Of a stretch of DNA of 60,387 nucleotides, positions 17,126-27,265 are shown in pieces. Positions within the stretch are counted from its first letter, which is position 1, and every line of letters starts with the position of its first letter. The stretch comes from Actinomycetota bacterium (lineage in GTDB: Bacteria; Actinomycetota; UBA4738; HRBIN12): contig DASWDB010000141.1 in the NCBI GenBank assembly GCA_036395715.1, positions 1 to 60,387 on the forward strand, read 5' to 3'. A program made the position numbers and the translations under genes. The notes under the pieces are model-generated. The model searched no databases. It saw only the letters and a list, made by a program, of their open reading frames with translations, and was not told the DNA's origin.

Positions 17126-19231
17126 ATGAGGGTGCAGAAGACCATCGGCGTACCGGAGGCTGGTTCGGCTCGATACGACCGCCTCCCAACCATCCCCCGC
17201 GTCGCGCTCCTCGATCGATTGCGCGGCGCGCGTGACGTGCAGGTGGTCTCGATCAGCGCTCCGGCCGGCTATGGGAAGAGCTTCCTCCTTCGGCAGTGGG
17301 CGGACGTCGATGAGCGCGACTTCACGACCATCGCGGCAGATGACCGTCTCTTCACGGTCAGCGAGGCCTTCCTCCTCGCAGGTGAGCTCGCCGTCGGGTC
17401 CGATCCGTCGGTCCTCGTGATCGACAACGCCCACCTCCTTGACGACGCGGACGTCGAGGCGCTGATCGGGCTCGCGGACGAGTTCCGCGCCTCGTGCCAG
17501 CTCGTGTTCGTGGCACGTCACTCGTTGGCGGCGGTCGCTCGGCTCCGCTCCGAGGGTCGACTGCTCGAGATCGAACCGCCTGATCTGACGATGAGCCTCG
17601 AGGAAGCGGACCCGTTGATCCGCTCGGTCGATCCATCGATCACTGCCCAGGAAGTGGATGTCCTCGTCGACCGAACCGAGGGCTGGCCGGTGGGCTTGTA
17701 CCTCGCGGCGTTGGCGAGACGCGACGAGCAGGGACCGACGGAGCCGATGACGGGGAACGAGCGCTTCGTCGCCGAGTATCTGCGCGCGGAGGTGCTCGCC
17801 CACCTCACCCGGGCTCAGATCCGGTTCCTCGTCCGGTGTTCGGCCCTGATGTTCCTCTCCGGTCCCCTGTGTGATGCGGCGTTGCGACGGACCGGTTCGG
17901 GCCGGATCCTCCGAGAGGTCGCGCGGTCGGGCGCGATGCTGATCCCCCTCGACATGGTCGGGCAGACGTACCGGCTCCACCCGCTGTTCCGCGATCTGTT
18001 GCGAACGGAGTTGGAGGACGAGCCGGGTGCGTCGGCGACGATCGCCGGCCGAGCCTCGCTCTGGTGCGAGCGTCGCGGGCTGACCGATATGGCGATCGAA
18101 CACGCGCGCATCGCGGAGGACACGGACCGAACGGCAGCGCTCTTCAGCGTGTACGGGCTCGATGCCGGGTGGTCCGGCCGGATCGACCGGATGGACGGAT
18201 GGCTCGAGTGGCTCGCCGAACGGGCACCCCGCGAGCGCTACCCCGTCGTCGCGTTCTTCGCGACGTGGATCAACCTCCTGCTCGGTCGCGAGCGTGACGC
18301 CGCGCTGTCGGCCGCGGTGGCACAGGATGCTCGGGTCATCGGACCGATGCCGGACGGGAGCCCGCACGAGGCGTGGGTATCCGTTCTCCGGGCAGCGATG
18401 TGCCGTCACGGCGTGGATGCCATGGAGAAGGATGCCCAGCTCGCGATCGAAACCTTGGAGCCGTACAGCCCCTGGCAACCGAGCGCGTCCCTGCTCCTCG
18501 GCATGGCCTTGATGTTGTCCGGCGACCTGGGTGAGGCCGATCGTCACTTCGCGGACGCGATCGAGACCGGTGAGGAGCGCTACGCGCTCATCACGCTCTC
18601 GATCGCGTCCGCCGAGCGGGCCTTCATCGCGATCCTGCAGGGGCGATGGAACGACGCGGCGACCTGGGCAGCCCGGGCGTGCGAGCTTGCCGACCACGAG
18701 CCCGTGCGGCCCTTCGCGGCCCACGGCCCGGCACATGTCGCGGCGGCGCGCGTCGCGCGCCACCGAGGTGAGACCGAAGCCGCTCGGGCACATCTCGCGG
18801 TCGTGGACGAGTCGCTTCCCGCGTTGAACGGGGCCTTGCCGTACCTCGCGATCCAGGTGCGGCTCATGTTCGCGCGATGTGCGCTCGCCCTCGGTGACGA
18901 AGAGGGGGCGCGCCGACGGTTGGATGAGATCTCCGAGCTGATCCGCCGGGCGGGGAATCTCGAGAAGCTCGCGCGAAGCGCTGATGAGGTCCGCGGGCAG
19001 CTGATCGCAGCAAAGCACAAGGTCGCGAAGGACCTCCGGTTGACGGGCGCGGAGCTTCGATTGCTCCCGCTGCTTGCCACGCAGCTCACGTTCCGCGAGA
19101 TCGGCGAACAGCTCCATCTCTCACAGCACACGGTGAAGGCGGAGGCGATCTCGATCTACCGCAAGCTCGGCGAGACCTCTCGCAGTCGCGCGATCGAGCG
19201 GTCGCGTTCGATGGGACTGCTGCCCGACTGA
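17126..19231 (+). CDS. LAL-type (large ATP-binding) LuxR-family transcriptional regulator
   Basis: Walker A (SAPAGYGKSFLL), a long helical/TPR-like middle region, and a C-terminal LuxR HTH (LTGAELRLLPLLATQLTFREIGEQLHLSQHTVKAEAISIYRKLG). Confidence 0.85.
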   Translation: MRVQKTIGVPEAGSARYDRLPTIPRVALLDRLRGARDVQVVSISAPAGYGKSFLLRQWADVDERDFTTIAADDRLFTVSEAFLLAGELAVGSDPSVLVIDNAHLLDDADVEALIGLADEFRASCQLVFVARHSLAAVARLRSEGRLLEIEPPDLTMSLEEADPLIRSVDPSITAQEVDVLVDRTEGWPVGLYLAALARRDEQGPTEPMTGNERFVAEYLRAEVLAHLTRAQIRFLVRCSALMFLSGPLCDAALRRTGSGRILREVARSGAMLIPLDMVGQTYRLHPLFRDLLRTELEDEPGASATIAGRASLWCERRGLTDMAIEHARIAEDTDRTAALFSVYGLDAGWSGRIDRMDGWLEWLAERAPRERYPVVAFFATWINLLLGRERDAALSAAVAQDARVIGPMPDGSPHEAWVSVLRAAMCRHGVDAMEKDAQLAIETLEPYSPWQPSASLLLGMALMLSGDLGEADRHFADAIETGEERYALITLSIASAERAFIAILQGRWNDAATWAARACELADHEPVRPFAAHGPAHVAAARVARHRGETEAARAHLAVVDESLPALNGALPYLAIQVRLMFARCALALGDEEGARRRLDEISELIRRAGNLEKLARSADEVRGQLIAAKHKVAKDLRLTGAELRLLPLLATQLTFREIGEQLHLSQHTVKAEAISIYRKLGETSRSRAIERSRSMGLLPD

Positions 19232-19239
19232 TCGGCTCG

Positions 19240-19653
19240 GTGCCGAGCGCGCCCTATGGCAACGGAGTCCTGCACGTTCCATCCCTTTCGCGTGATGCGC
19301 GAGGGACGCCTTTCACCGTGGATGGAGCCCTCAGCCCGATCCAGTCCTACGGAGCGGTCGAGGGGGCAGGTACGAGCGAGCTCGAGCCGAAGACGCGTGC
19401 ACTCGTGCGCCTCGCGGCGTATGTCGCGTTGGACGCCTCGGCCCAGGCCTATGAGGACGCGGTGGGAGCGGCCATGGGGAGCGGCGCCACGGCCGACGAG
19501 ATCATCGGCGTTCTGTTCGCGGTGGCGCCGGCCGTGGGCGTCGCCCGGGTGGTGTCGGCCGCGCCCAAGCTGGCGTCCGCGATGGGCTTCGACGTCGATC
19601 GCGCGATCGAGTACCTGACCACGAACGGCACGGACGCGACCGGTTCGCCATGA
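19240..19653 (+). CDS. AhpD/carboxymuconolactone decarboxylase-like protein (no CxxC)
   Basis: ELEPKTRALVRLAAYVALDA...ATADEIIGVLFAVAPAVGVARVVSAAPKLASAMG is a typical CMD-fold helix pattern. GTG start 9 nt after the LuxR stop; an internal start is possible. Confidence 0.6.
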   Translation: MPSAPYGNGVLHVPSLSRDARGTPFTVDGALSPIQSYGAVEGAGTSELEPKTRALVRLAAYVALDASAQAYEDAVGAAMGSGATADEIIGVLFAVAPAVGVARVVSAAPKLASAMGFDVDRAIEYLTTNGTDATGSP

Positions 19654-19672
19654 GGGCGTGCCCGCCGATCAC

Positions 19673-20002
19673 CTACGAGACCGGCGGGCGATGAGATGCC
19701 AGTGCCGCATCGAGCTCGGCCGCAGCCTTGCTCGCGGCTGCCTCGCCGATCTCGGGTGCGATCGCGAGGAAGACGCCGATGATCTCGTCGAGCTCGGCCC
19801 CTCCATCGATCGCCGCATCGACGTTCGAGAGATAGGAAGGGAGCTCACCTCGGAGCGCGATCGTTGCCGCCAGCCGGGCCAGCGCCGAACCCTTCGCGTC
19901 CAACCCCAGAACCGCTCCTTGTGCATAGGCACCGAGAACACGAGTGAGCGCACGTTCGTCATGCATACTCAAGCGGCGCAGTAGCTCCTCGGGTTCATCC
20001 AC
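19673..20002 (-). CDS. AhpD/carboxymuconolactone decarboxylase-like protein (no CxxC)
   Basis: LDAKGSALARLAATIALRG...ELDEIIGVFLAIAPEIGEAAASKAAAELDAAL shows the same fold signature as the convergent neighbour. Confidence 0.6.
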   Translation of the reverse strand: MDEPEELLRRLSMHDERALTRVLGAYAQGAVLGLDAKGSALARLAATIALRGELPSYLSNVDAAIDGGAELDEIIGVFLAIAPEIGEAAASKAAAELDAALASHRPPVS

Positions 20003-20124
20003 AGGGTCTCCCGCTTCCAGTCGTCATCGAGCCTACGTGCGACATCATCCCCGCGCATCCCCCGTTCGGGATGGAACCTCAGGGACGCCCGACCCGTGGC
20101 AGACTCGACCACGTGCCCGAGGGG

Positions 20125-20799
20125 ATGAACGTCGACGTCGCCCACAAGCTCAGCGAACGCGAGGAGCGGGAGGCCAAACAGAAGCGGCGGTGGCAGGAGC
20201 TCGCCGAGATCGGAGAGGTGATCATCCTCGCGATCGTGGCGATCGCGACCGCATGGAGCGGCTACCAGGCAGCGAGATGGGACGGACGTCAGGCCTTCCA
20301 GTACGGCACCGCGTCGCATCTCCGCGTGCAGGCTGATGAGGCCGACACGCTCGGAAGGCAACAGCGGCTGCTGGACGTTTCCACCTTCAACACGTGGATC
20401 CAAGCTCACGAGGAAGGCAACGAGCGGCTCGCGGATCTCTACGTCCGTCGATTCAGCGATGAGTATCGGGTCGCGTTCGACGCGTGGCTGAAGACCCATC
20501 CGTTCTCCAACCCGGATGCGCCGGCGGGCCCGATCTTCATGCCTGAATACCACAACGCGCAGACGGAGTTGGCCGCCACGCTGAACGGACAGGCCGATAC
20601 CGCGTTCGAGGCCGGGACCGCCGCGCGTGAGACGGCGGATCGATACGTGCGCCAAACCGTGCTCCTCGCGACGGTGCTCTTCCTCATCGCCGTCGCCCAG
20701 CGCTTCACGATCCGCGGCGCACGGATCGCGGCCATGCTGGTGGCCGCGGGTCTCATGGTGGTGGCGCTGGTCGGTGTCGCCTCGCTCCCTCGCATCTGA
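20125..20799 (+). CDS. Membrane protein, DUF4337-like architecture (charged N-terminal helix, TM, helical ectodomain, two C-terminal TM helices)
   Basis: MNVDVAHKLSEREEREAKQKRRWQELAEIGEVIILAIVAIATAWSGYQAA..., C-terminal VLLATVLFLIAVAQ and AAMLVAAGLMVVALVGVASL. The family assignment is tentative. Confidence 0.55.
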   Translation: MNVDVAHKLSEREEREAKQKRRWQELAEIGEVIILAIVAIATAWSGYQAARWDGRQAFQYGTASHLRVQADEADTLGRQQRLLDVSTFNTWIQAHEEGNERLADLYVRRFSDEYRVAFDAWLKTHPFSNPDAPAGPIFMPEYHNAQTELAATLNGQADTAFEAGTAARETADRYVRQTVLLATVLFLIAVAQRFTIRGARIAAMLVAAGLMVVALVGVASLPRI

Positions 20800-20855
20800 G
20801 GGATGCCGCGCCTCGACAGGACGCCTCCAGCAGCGCACATCGTCCGATTCGGAGG

Positions 20856-22313
20856 ATGCAGCCGGAGCTCCCCTCCGCCAAGATGCAGCTCCATGAGCCT
20901 TCGAAGGGCCTCACGGCGGGGCGGACCGTGACGAACCTCGATCTCGCGAGGCTCCAGTTCGCATCCACCAGCATCTACCACTTCCTGTTCGTGCCCGTGA
21001 CGATCGGCCTCGCCGTCTTGGTCGCCCTCCTGCAGACGACTTGGCACAGGCGTGGCGACGAGGCTTACCTGCGGCTCACCCGGTTCTTCGGCACGCTCTT
21101 GGTGATCAACATCGCGGTTGGCGTGGTCACCGGCTTGGTGCAGGAATTCCAGTTCGGGATGAACTGGTCGGCCTACTCGCGCTACGTCGGCGACGTGTTC
21201 GGAGCGCCGCTCGCGATCGAAGGGCTCGGCGCGTTCTTCCTGGAATCCGTGTTCCTGGGGCTGTGGCTGTTCGGGTGGGGCCGGCTATCACCCCGCGTGC
21301 ATCTGGCGACGATCTGGGCGGTCGCGGCCGGCGCCGCGCTCTCGGCGGCATTCATCATGGCCGCCAACTCGTGGATGCAGCACCCCGTCGGCTATGCGGT
21401 GGTCAACGGCAAGGCGCAGCTCACCAACATCTGGGCCGTGATGACCAACCCGGTGTTCGTGTGGGGGTACCTCCACGTACTGCTTGCCTCGTTGGTCACC
21501 GGATCCGCGGTGATGCTCGCGGTGTCGGCATGGCACCTTCGGCACGGGTCCCAGGTGGAGCAGTTCCGGATGGCCGCGTCGCTCTCGCTCGTCGTCCTGC
21601 TCCCGGCGTCGCTGTTCGCGATGATGGTCGGCAGTCACCTCGGCGTCATCGAGACCACCTATCAGCCGATGAAGGTCGCCGCGATGGAGGCGGAGTGGGA
21701 GTCGTGCCAACCGTGCTCCTTCTCGGCCTTCCAGATCGGCGGGGGGAAGAACGACGAGACGCCGACCAAGATCATCGCCATCCCGCACTTGCTCTCGCTG
21801 CTCGCGGACGATTCGTGGAACGGGCCGGTCGAGGGGATGAACGAGCTCAACCAGCAGTACCAGCAACAGTACGGGGCGGGGAACTACGTCCCGGACGTCT
21901 TCATCCAGTACTGGTCGATGCGCGTGATGGCGTACTTGGCCGTCGTGGTGTTCCTGGTCGCGCTCCTCGGCGTGTATCTCCTGTGGCGGAAGAAGCTGAT
22001 GACCACGCGGTGGTTCTTGTGGCTCGCCGTCTGGGCGGCCGCGATCCCGTTCCTGATGAACACGGCCGGGTGGATGCTCACCGAGAACGGGCGACAGCCA
22101 TGGATCGTCCAGGGATTGATGCAGACAAATCAGGGCGTCTCGCCATCCGTGAGCGCGACGTCGATCTGGATGAGCCTCACAGTGTTCGTCTTGCTCTACG
22201 GCGCGCTCGCCGTGGTCGACTGGACGTTGATGGTGCGCTACGCCCGCAAGGAGCTGGCCCCGGCGGGCGGAACCGACGAACACGACCTGAGCGAAACAGC
22301 GATGGCGTACTGA
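20856..22313 (+). CDS. cydA: Cytochrome bd oxidase subunit I
   Basis: LDLARLQFASTSIYHFLFVPVTIGLAVLVA, GLVQEFQFGMNWS, EGLGAFFLESVFLGLW, and Q-loop with C-terminal WIVQGLM. The true start is probably the GTG at 20928 (VTNLDLARLQF) rather than 20856. Confidence 0.92.
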   Translation: MQPELPSAKMQLHEPSKGLTAGRTVTNLDLARLQFASTSIYHFLFVPVTIGLAVLVALLQTTWHRRGDEAYLRLTRFFGTLLVINIAVGVVTGLVQEFQFGMNWSAYSRYVGDVFGAPLAIEGLGAFFLESVFLGLWLFGWGRLSPRVHLATIWAVAAGAALSAAFIMAANSWMQHPVGYAVVNGKAQLTNIWAVMTNPVFVWGYLHVLLASLVTGSAVMLAVSAWHLRHGSQVEQFRMAASLSLVVLLPASLFAMMVGSHLGVIETTYQPMKVAAMEAEWESCQPCSFSAFQIGGGKNDETPTKIIAIPHLLSLLADDSWNGPVEGMNELNQQYQQQYGAGNYVPDVFIQYWSMRVMAYLAVVVFLVALLGVYLLWRKKLMTTRWFLWLAVWAAAIPFLMNTAGWMLTENGRQPWIVQGLMQTNQGVSPSVSATSIWMSLTVFVLLYGALAVVDWTLMVRYARKELAPAGGTDEHDLSETAMAY

Positions 22314-22325
22314 GGAGCAGCGGAT

Positions 22326-23390
22326 ATGGGTCTTCAGGTCTTCTGGTTCATCGCCATCGCCTTCTTGTGGACGGGGTTCTTCGTGCTGGAGGGGTTCGAT
22401 TTCGGCGTCGGGATGCTGCACGGGGTGATCGGGAAGACCGAGGAGGAGCGGCGCGTCGCGAGCGCCACGATCGGCCCGGTCTGGGACGGCAACGAGGTGT
22501 GGCTGATCGTGGCGGGGGCCGGCATCTTCGCGGCCTTTCCATCGTGGTACGCGACGATGTTCTCGGCCCTGTACCTCGCCATAGTCTTGCTCCTGGTCGC
22601 CCTGATCGTGCGGGGCGTGTCCTTCGAGTTTCGGGGCAAGCGGGACGGGGCGGCGTGGAAGAGGAACTGGGGCCGGCTCCAAGGCGCCGGGAGTTTGTTG
22701 GCGCCGCTGCTGATCGGTATCGCCCTTGCCGACCTGCTCCATGGCCTGCCGATCGACACGAGCCAGGAATTCACCGGGAACTTCTGGGATCTGCTCAGCC
22801 CATACTCCGTGTTCGCCGGCATCACGCTTGTGCTCCTCTGTCTGCTGCACGGGGCCACGTACCTCTCGCTCAAGACCGAAGGTGACCTCCGAGAGCGCGC
22901 GCATCGTCTGGCCCGACGGTTCACCCTCGTGACGGGGGCAGCCGTCCTGGTCTTCGGGATCTGGACCCAGGTCGTGATCCATCACGGCGCCTTCCCCGAC
23001 TTCCTCACGGTGGCGGCCGTGCTCGCGATCGTCGCCTCGGCGTGGCTGTTGGTCGAGCGCCGCGAGGGATGGGCCTTCGCGATGACCGCGTTCGCGATGG
23101 CGGCGACGGTCCTGACGTTCTTCATCGATCTCTACCCGAACGTGATGGTGTCGAGCACCAGCACCGCGTACAACCTGACCGTGCAGAACGCGTCGTCCGC
23201 GCCCTACGCGCTCAAGGTGATGACGGTCGTGGCGGTCATCTTCCTTCCGGTCGTCATGGTCTATCAGGGCTGGACGTATCACGTGTTCCGGAAGCGGTTG
23301 GCGAGCCCCGGCGCACCCGCGACCCGTCCGTCCGCATCCGGGACGGGGGCGTCCCCAGCAGCGGCAGGAGGCGCGCCGGTAGAGTCCTGA
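22326..23390 (+). CDS. cydB: Cytochrome bd oxidase subunit II
   Basis: FWFIAIAFLWTGFFVLEGFDFGVGML and IGPVWDGNEVWLIVAGAGIFAAFP are canonical CydB motifs. Confidence 0.92.
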   Translation: MGLQVFWFIAIAFLWTGFFVLEGFDFGVGMLHGVIGKTEEERRVASATIGPVWDGNEVWLIVAGAGIFAAFPSWYATMFSALYLAIVLLLVALIVRGVSFEFRGKRDGAAWKRNWGRLQGAGSLLAPLLIGIALADLLHGLPIDTSQEFTGNFWDLLSPYSVFAGITLVLLCLLHGATYLSLKTEGDLRERAHRLARRFTLVTGAAVLVFGIWTQVVIHHGAFPDFLTVAAVLAIVASAWLLVERREGWAFAMTAFAMAATVLTFFIDLYPNVMVSSTSTAYNLTVQNASSAPYALKVMTVVAVIFLPVVMVYQGWTYHVFRKRLASPGAPATRPSASGTGASPAAAGGAPVES

Positions 23391-23394
23391 GGCC

Positions 23395-25062
23395 GTGCGC
23401 CCGCTCGATCCCCGACTCCTGCGACGTGTTCGGCCCGCGCGTGTTGCCCTCGCGGCCGACGTCCTCTTCGGGTTCCTGGCCACGATCGCGCTCCTGATCC
23501 AGGCGACGTTGTTCGCCGCGATCGTGGCCCGCGCGTTCGAGCATCGACCGCTCGATCCTCGCGAGGTCATCGCGTTCTGCGGGGTCGTGGTCGCACGTGC
23601 AGTGTTCGCTGCAGGATTCGAAGCGACCGGCCGGAGAGCGGCGGCGCTCGCCACGTCGGAGCTCCGGATGGCGTTGGTGGAGCGACGCCTCTTCGACATG
23701 CCCACCGCGGCGGACGGAGCGGAGGCCGGAGAGATCGCCGCCGCGGCCGTGAGCGGGGTGGACGGGCTCGAGGCGTACTTCGCCCGATACCTTCCACAAC
23801 TCGTCTTGGCCGTTCTCGTGCCGATCGCCGTGCTGGCGTGGACGGCCGCGATCGATCTGACCTCGGTCGTGATCATGGTGCTGACGCTGCCGCTCATCCC
23901 CGTGTTCATGGTGCTGATCGGCCGGTACACCGAGTCGAAGACGAGAGCGCGCTGGGTGGCCTTGACGCGGCTCTCGAACCACTTCCTCGACGTCGTTCGG
24001 GGACTTCCCACGCTCCGGGCCTTCAACCGCGGCGCCGCCCAGGCGGAACGGATCGAGGCGGTGAGCGAGGCGTACCGCCGGACCACGATGGAGACGCTTC
24101 GAGTGAGCTTCCTCTCCGGAGCGGTGCTCGACCTGGCCGCGACGCTCGCGACGGCCCTGGTTGCCGTCACGCTCGGCGTGCGGTTGGTCGAGGGAACGGT
24201 CGCCTTCCGGCCTGCGTTGACCGTCCTGCTCCTCACGCCGGAGCTCTACATCCCGCTCCGCAGCCTCGCGGCGCAATTCCATGTGAGCGCGGATGGGCTG
24301 GCCGCCGCGGAGAGGATCCTCGATCTGATCGAAGCGCCCGAGACACCAGCCGTCGGCACCGATCGTGTCCCGGATCCGTGGCGATCGCTGCGTCTTCGCG
24401 ACATATCTCTCCGGAACGAAGAGCGGGGCAGCAAGCTCCTTGACGGATTCGACCTCACCATCGAACGCGGCGAGGTCGTCGCACTGGTCGGACCGAGCGG
24501 CGCCGGCAAGAGCACCGTCGCCGCGTTGCTCCTGGGTCTGCGCACCCCCGACGGTGGCACCATCACCGTGGACGGCACCGACCTCGCCACGCTCGACCTC
24601 CGTGGATGGCGAACGAACGTTGCGTGGGTCCCGCAGCGCCCCACGGTGTTCCGCGGCTCGGTCCGGGACAACATCGCGATCGGCAACCCCTCCGCATCCA
24701 TCGAGCAGATCGACCGGGCATCGAAGGCGGCAGGCCTCGATGAGGTGGTGGCGGACCTCCCGCGGGGGTACGAGAGCGACATCGGAGAGGGAGCTCGTGG
24801 CTTGTCGGCGGGCGAGACACGACGCCTCGCCCTCGCGCGAGCGCTCGCTCGCTCCGCCCAGCTCGTGATACTCGACGAGCCGACCGCGAACCTCGACGCC
24901 GAAAGCGGCGAGTCGATCGCAGCCTCGATCCGCGAGCTCGGTGCCGACCGAGCGGTGTTGCTGATCGCGCACAGCCCCGAGCTGGCGCGTTCCGCAGATC
25001 GGATCGTCCGGATCGAGGACGGTCGGGCCGTCGCCGTGTCGAAGCAGGCGGTCCTCCCATGA
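23395..25062 (+). CDS. cydD: Thiol reductant ABC exporter, CydD subunit
   Basis: Six-TM domain plus an ABC ATPase (GPSGAGKST, LSAGETRRLALARAL, LVILDEPTANLD). Position directly after cydAB. Confidence 0.88.
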   Translation: MRPLDPRLLRRVRPARVALAADVLFGFLATIALLIQATLFAAIVARAFEHRPLDPREVIAFCGVVVARAVFAAGFEATGRRAAALATSELRMALVERRLFDMPTAADGAEAGEIAAAAVSGVDGLEAYFARYLPQLVLAVLVPIAVLAWTAAIDLTSVVIMVLTLPLIPVFMVLIGRYTESKTRARWVALTRLSNHFLDVVRGLPTLRAFNRGAAQAERIEAVSEAYRRTTMETLRVSFLSGAVLDLAATLATALVAVTLGVRLVEGTVAFRPALTVLLLTPELYIPLRSLAAQFHVSADGLAAAERILDLIEAPETPAVGTDRVPDPWRSLRLRDISLRNEERGSKLLDGFDLTIERGEVVALVGPSGAGKSTVAALLLGLRTPDGGTITVDGTDLATLDLRGWRTNVAWVPQRPTVFRGSVRDNIAIGNPSASIEQIDRASKAAGLDEVVADLPRGYESDIGEGARGLSAGETRRLALARALARSAQLVILDEPTANLDAESGESIAASIRELGADRAVLLIAHSPELARSADRIVRIEDGRAVAVSKQAVLP

Positions 25063-26759
25063 ACACGCTGCGGGAACTGCTCCGCATCGCGAGGTTGCCT
25101 CGTGCACGCATCGTCGTGTCCGTGGTGCTCGGTTCCCTCTCCGTCCTCTTGGGGGTCGGGTTGATGTCCCTCGCCGGTTACGTGATCTCGCGTGCGGCCG
25201 AGCATCCACCCATCCTGTCCCTGACCGTCGCGATCGTCGCCGTCCGGGTCTGCGGGATCGGCAAGCCTGTCGCCCGGTATCTCGAGCGCCTCGAGCGGCA
25301 CGATCTCGCCTTCCGTGTCCTCGCGCGCATGCGGGTCGGCTTCTTCCGCCAGATCGAGCCGCTCGTCCCCGGGCGCCTGCCCGAGCTCCGACGGGGCGAT
25401 CTGCTCGCAACCATGGTTGGCGACATCGACGCGATGCAGGAGCTCTTCCTCCGCGGGCTCGCGCCTCCGCTCGTGGCCGTCGTGGCCGGCGGGATCTCCA
25501 TCGCGATCGCCGCCGCGTTCCTGCCCGCCGCGGGGCTGATCCTCGCCGCCGGTCTCCTGGTCGGTGGCATCGGCATCCCATCGCTTGCAGCTTTCACCAG
25601 CCGGCGCACCGGCCCCCGCCAGGCCGCGGCTCGGGCCGAGATGACCGCCGAGCTCGTCGACCTCCTTCGCGGCGGCCCGGAGCTCGTCGTCCTCGGTGCG
25701 GCCGAGGAGGCCGTCGAGACGGTTCGAACCCTCGACACGGAGTTGGTGCATCTCGAACGGCGTGAAGCGAAGGCCGCCGGTTTCGTCGAAGGACTGTCCA
25801 CGGCCGTGTCGGGCCTCACCGTCGCCGGTGTGCTGGTCGTGTGCGCGACCGCGGCCGCCGCCGGGACCCTCGACCGTGTGATGGTCGCATCGCTCGCGCT
25901 CCTCGCGATGGCTTCGTTCGAGGCCGTGGCGCCGCTCCCCGCCGCCGCACAGGTCCTCCGAGGCACGATCGGATCGGGGCGTCGGTTGCTTGACATCACG
26001 CGGCAGGAGCCCAGCGTCATCGACCCTCCGGAGCCAGCCGATCCCCCGCGGGACCCGACGGTGATGCTCGAGCAGGTCGGGTTCGGGTACGCCGACGAAG
26101 AGGCATGGGAGCTCCGTGACGTGAACCTCCAGCTTGAGCCGGGACGGTCGGTCGCGCTCATCGGGCGGTCGGGGGCGGGGAAGAGCACGATCGCCGCATT
26201 GATGGTCCGGTTCCTCGACCCGGATGCCGGCCGGGTGATGGTGGGTGGTGCCGACGCACGCACCGTGCGACAGCACGACGTTCGATCGTTCGTGACGCTG
26301 GACGCTCAGGAGGCTTATCTCTTCTCGACGACCATCCGAGAGAACGTTCGGCTCGCGAACCCTCCCGCGGACGATCACGACATCGAACGAGCCCTTCGAC
26401 GCGCGCAGATCTGGGAGTGGATCGCCTCGCTGCCCGACGGCTGGGACACGTACGTGGGCGAAGAGGGGACGTTGGTGTCCGGTGGGGAGCGCCAGAGGAT
26501 CGCCCTGGCGAGGACGTTCCTGGCCGACGCCCCGGTGGTCGTCCTCGATGAACCGACGGCGCATCTGGACCCAGAGACGGCGGAGCGGCTCGTCGATGAC
26601 GCGCTTCACGCGACCGAAGGTCGGACGGTCCTGCTGATCACGCACCGGCCGGAAGGTCTCGACGCGGTCGACGAGATCCTGCGTCTCCGCCGAGGACGCC
26701 TCGATCCGCAGAAGTCGTCGCGAGCGAGCCTCCCAAACCGCATCCCCCGAAAGGGATGA
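25059..26759 (+). CDS. cydC: Thiol reductant ABC exporter, CydC subunit
   Basis: ATGA overlap with cyd[37 protein letters not shown]. Confidence 0.88.
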   Translation: MNTLRELLRIARLPRARIVVSVVLGSLSVLLGVGLMSLAGYVISRAAEHPPILSLTVAIVAVRVCGIGKPVARYLERLERHDLAFRVLARMRVGFFRQIEPLVPGRLPELRRGDLLATMVGDIDAMQELFLRGLAPPLVAVVAGGISIAIAAAFLPAAGLILAAGLLVGGIGIPSLAAFTSRRTGPRQAAARAEMTAELVDLLRGGPELVVLGAAEEAVETVRTLDTELVHLERREAKAAGFVEGLSTAVSGLTVAGVLVVCATAAAAGTLDRVMVASLALLAMASFEAVAPLPAAAQVLRGTIGSGRRLLDITRQEPSVIDPPEPADPPRDPTVMLEQVGFGYADEEAWELRDVNLQLEPGRSVALIGRSGAGKSTIAALMVRFLDPDAGRVMVGGADARTVRQHDVRSFVTLDAQEAYLFSTTIRENVRLANPPADDHDIERALRRAQIWEWIASLPDGWDTYVGEEGTLVSGGERQRIALARTFLADAPVVVLDEPTAHLDPETAERLVDDALHATEGRTVLLITHRPEGLDAVDEILRLRRGRLDPQKSSRASLPNRIPRKG

Positions 26760-26834
26760 TGCGACCCTCCCCTCGCCCGCCTAGGCTAGGTTCCAGGGAG
26801 CTCGCGCGACGCGCGGGCAGGGAGGTGCGCGTAC

Positions 26835-27215
26835 ATGCTGGCGACCGAATGGTCACTGGGAAACGTGCTGTGGGCCATGCTCGTCTTCTTCTTCTGGTTC
26901 ATGGCGATCTGGATCTTCATCACGGTCTTCGCCGATATCTTCCGGCGTCGGGATCTGTCGGGCGGGGCGAAGGCCGGGTGGATCATCCTGATCTTCATCG
27001 TGCCGTTCCTGGGCGCGATCATCTATCTGATCGCCAGGCCGAAGATGACCGCGCAGGACAAGGAAGACATGGAACGGATGCAGGAGGCCGAGCGCCGGGT
27101 GTCGGGGTACTCCCCCGCGGATGAGGTGGCGAAGCTCTCGAAGCTCCGTGACGACGGCAAGATCACCGCGGAGGAATACGAGGACATGAAGAAGCGCGCG
27201 ATGATGCAGCTGTAG
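26835..27215 (+). CDS. PLD-nuclease N-terminal (PLDc_N) membrane domain fused to a SHOCT domain
   Basis: WIFITVFADIFRRRDLSGGAKAGWIILIFIVPFLGAIIYLIARP is the PLDc_N signature. LSKLRDDGKITAEEYEDMKKRAM is the SHOCT signature. GGGAGG Shine-Dalgarno. Confidence 0.8.
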   Translation: MLATEWSLGNVLWAMLVFFFWFMAIWIFITVFADIFRRRDLSGGAKAGWIILIFIVPFLGAIIYLIARPKMTAQDKEDMERMQEAERRVSGYSPADEVAKLSKLRDDGKITAEEYEDMKKRAMMQL

Positions 27216-27265
27216 GGCTTGGGTCGAACGATCGACGAGACCCTCGGCGTCCCGACTTCGTCGGC

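Noticed and set aside
17111-19117. 668-aa minus-strand ORF.
   Set aside because: It is antisense to the LAL/LuxR regulator, which has Walker A and HTH motifs. Shadow ORF.
21288-24236. 982-aa minus-strand ORF.
   Set aside because: It is antisense to cydA, cydB and cydD, all of which have canonical motifs. It has low-complexity Arg/Pro/His composition. Shadow ORF.
24246-26645. 799-aa minus-strand ORF.
   Set aside because: It is antisense to cydD and cydC. I found no motif, and the composition is Arg-rich. Shadow ORF.
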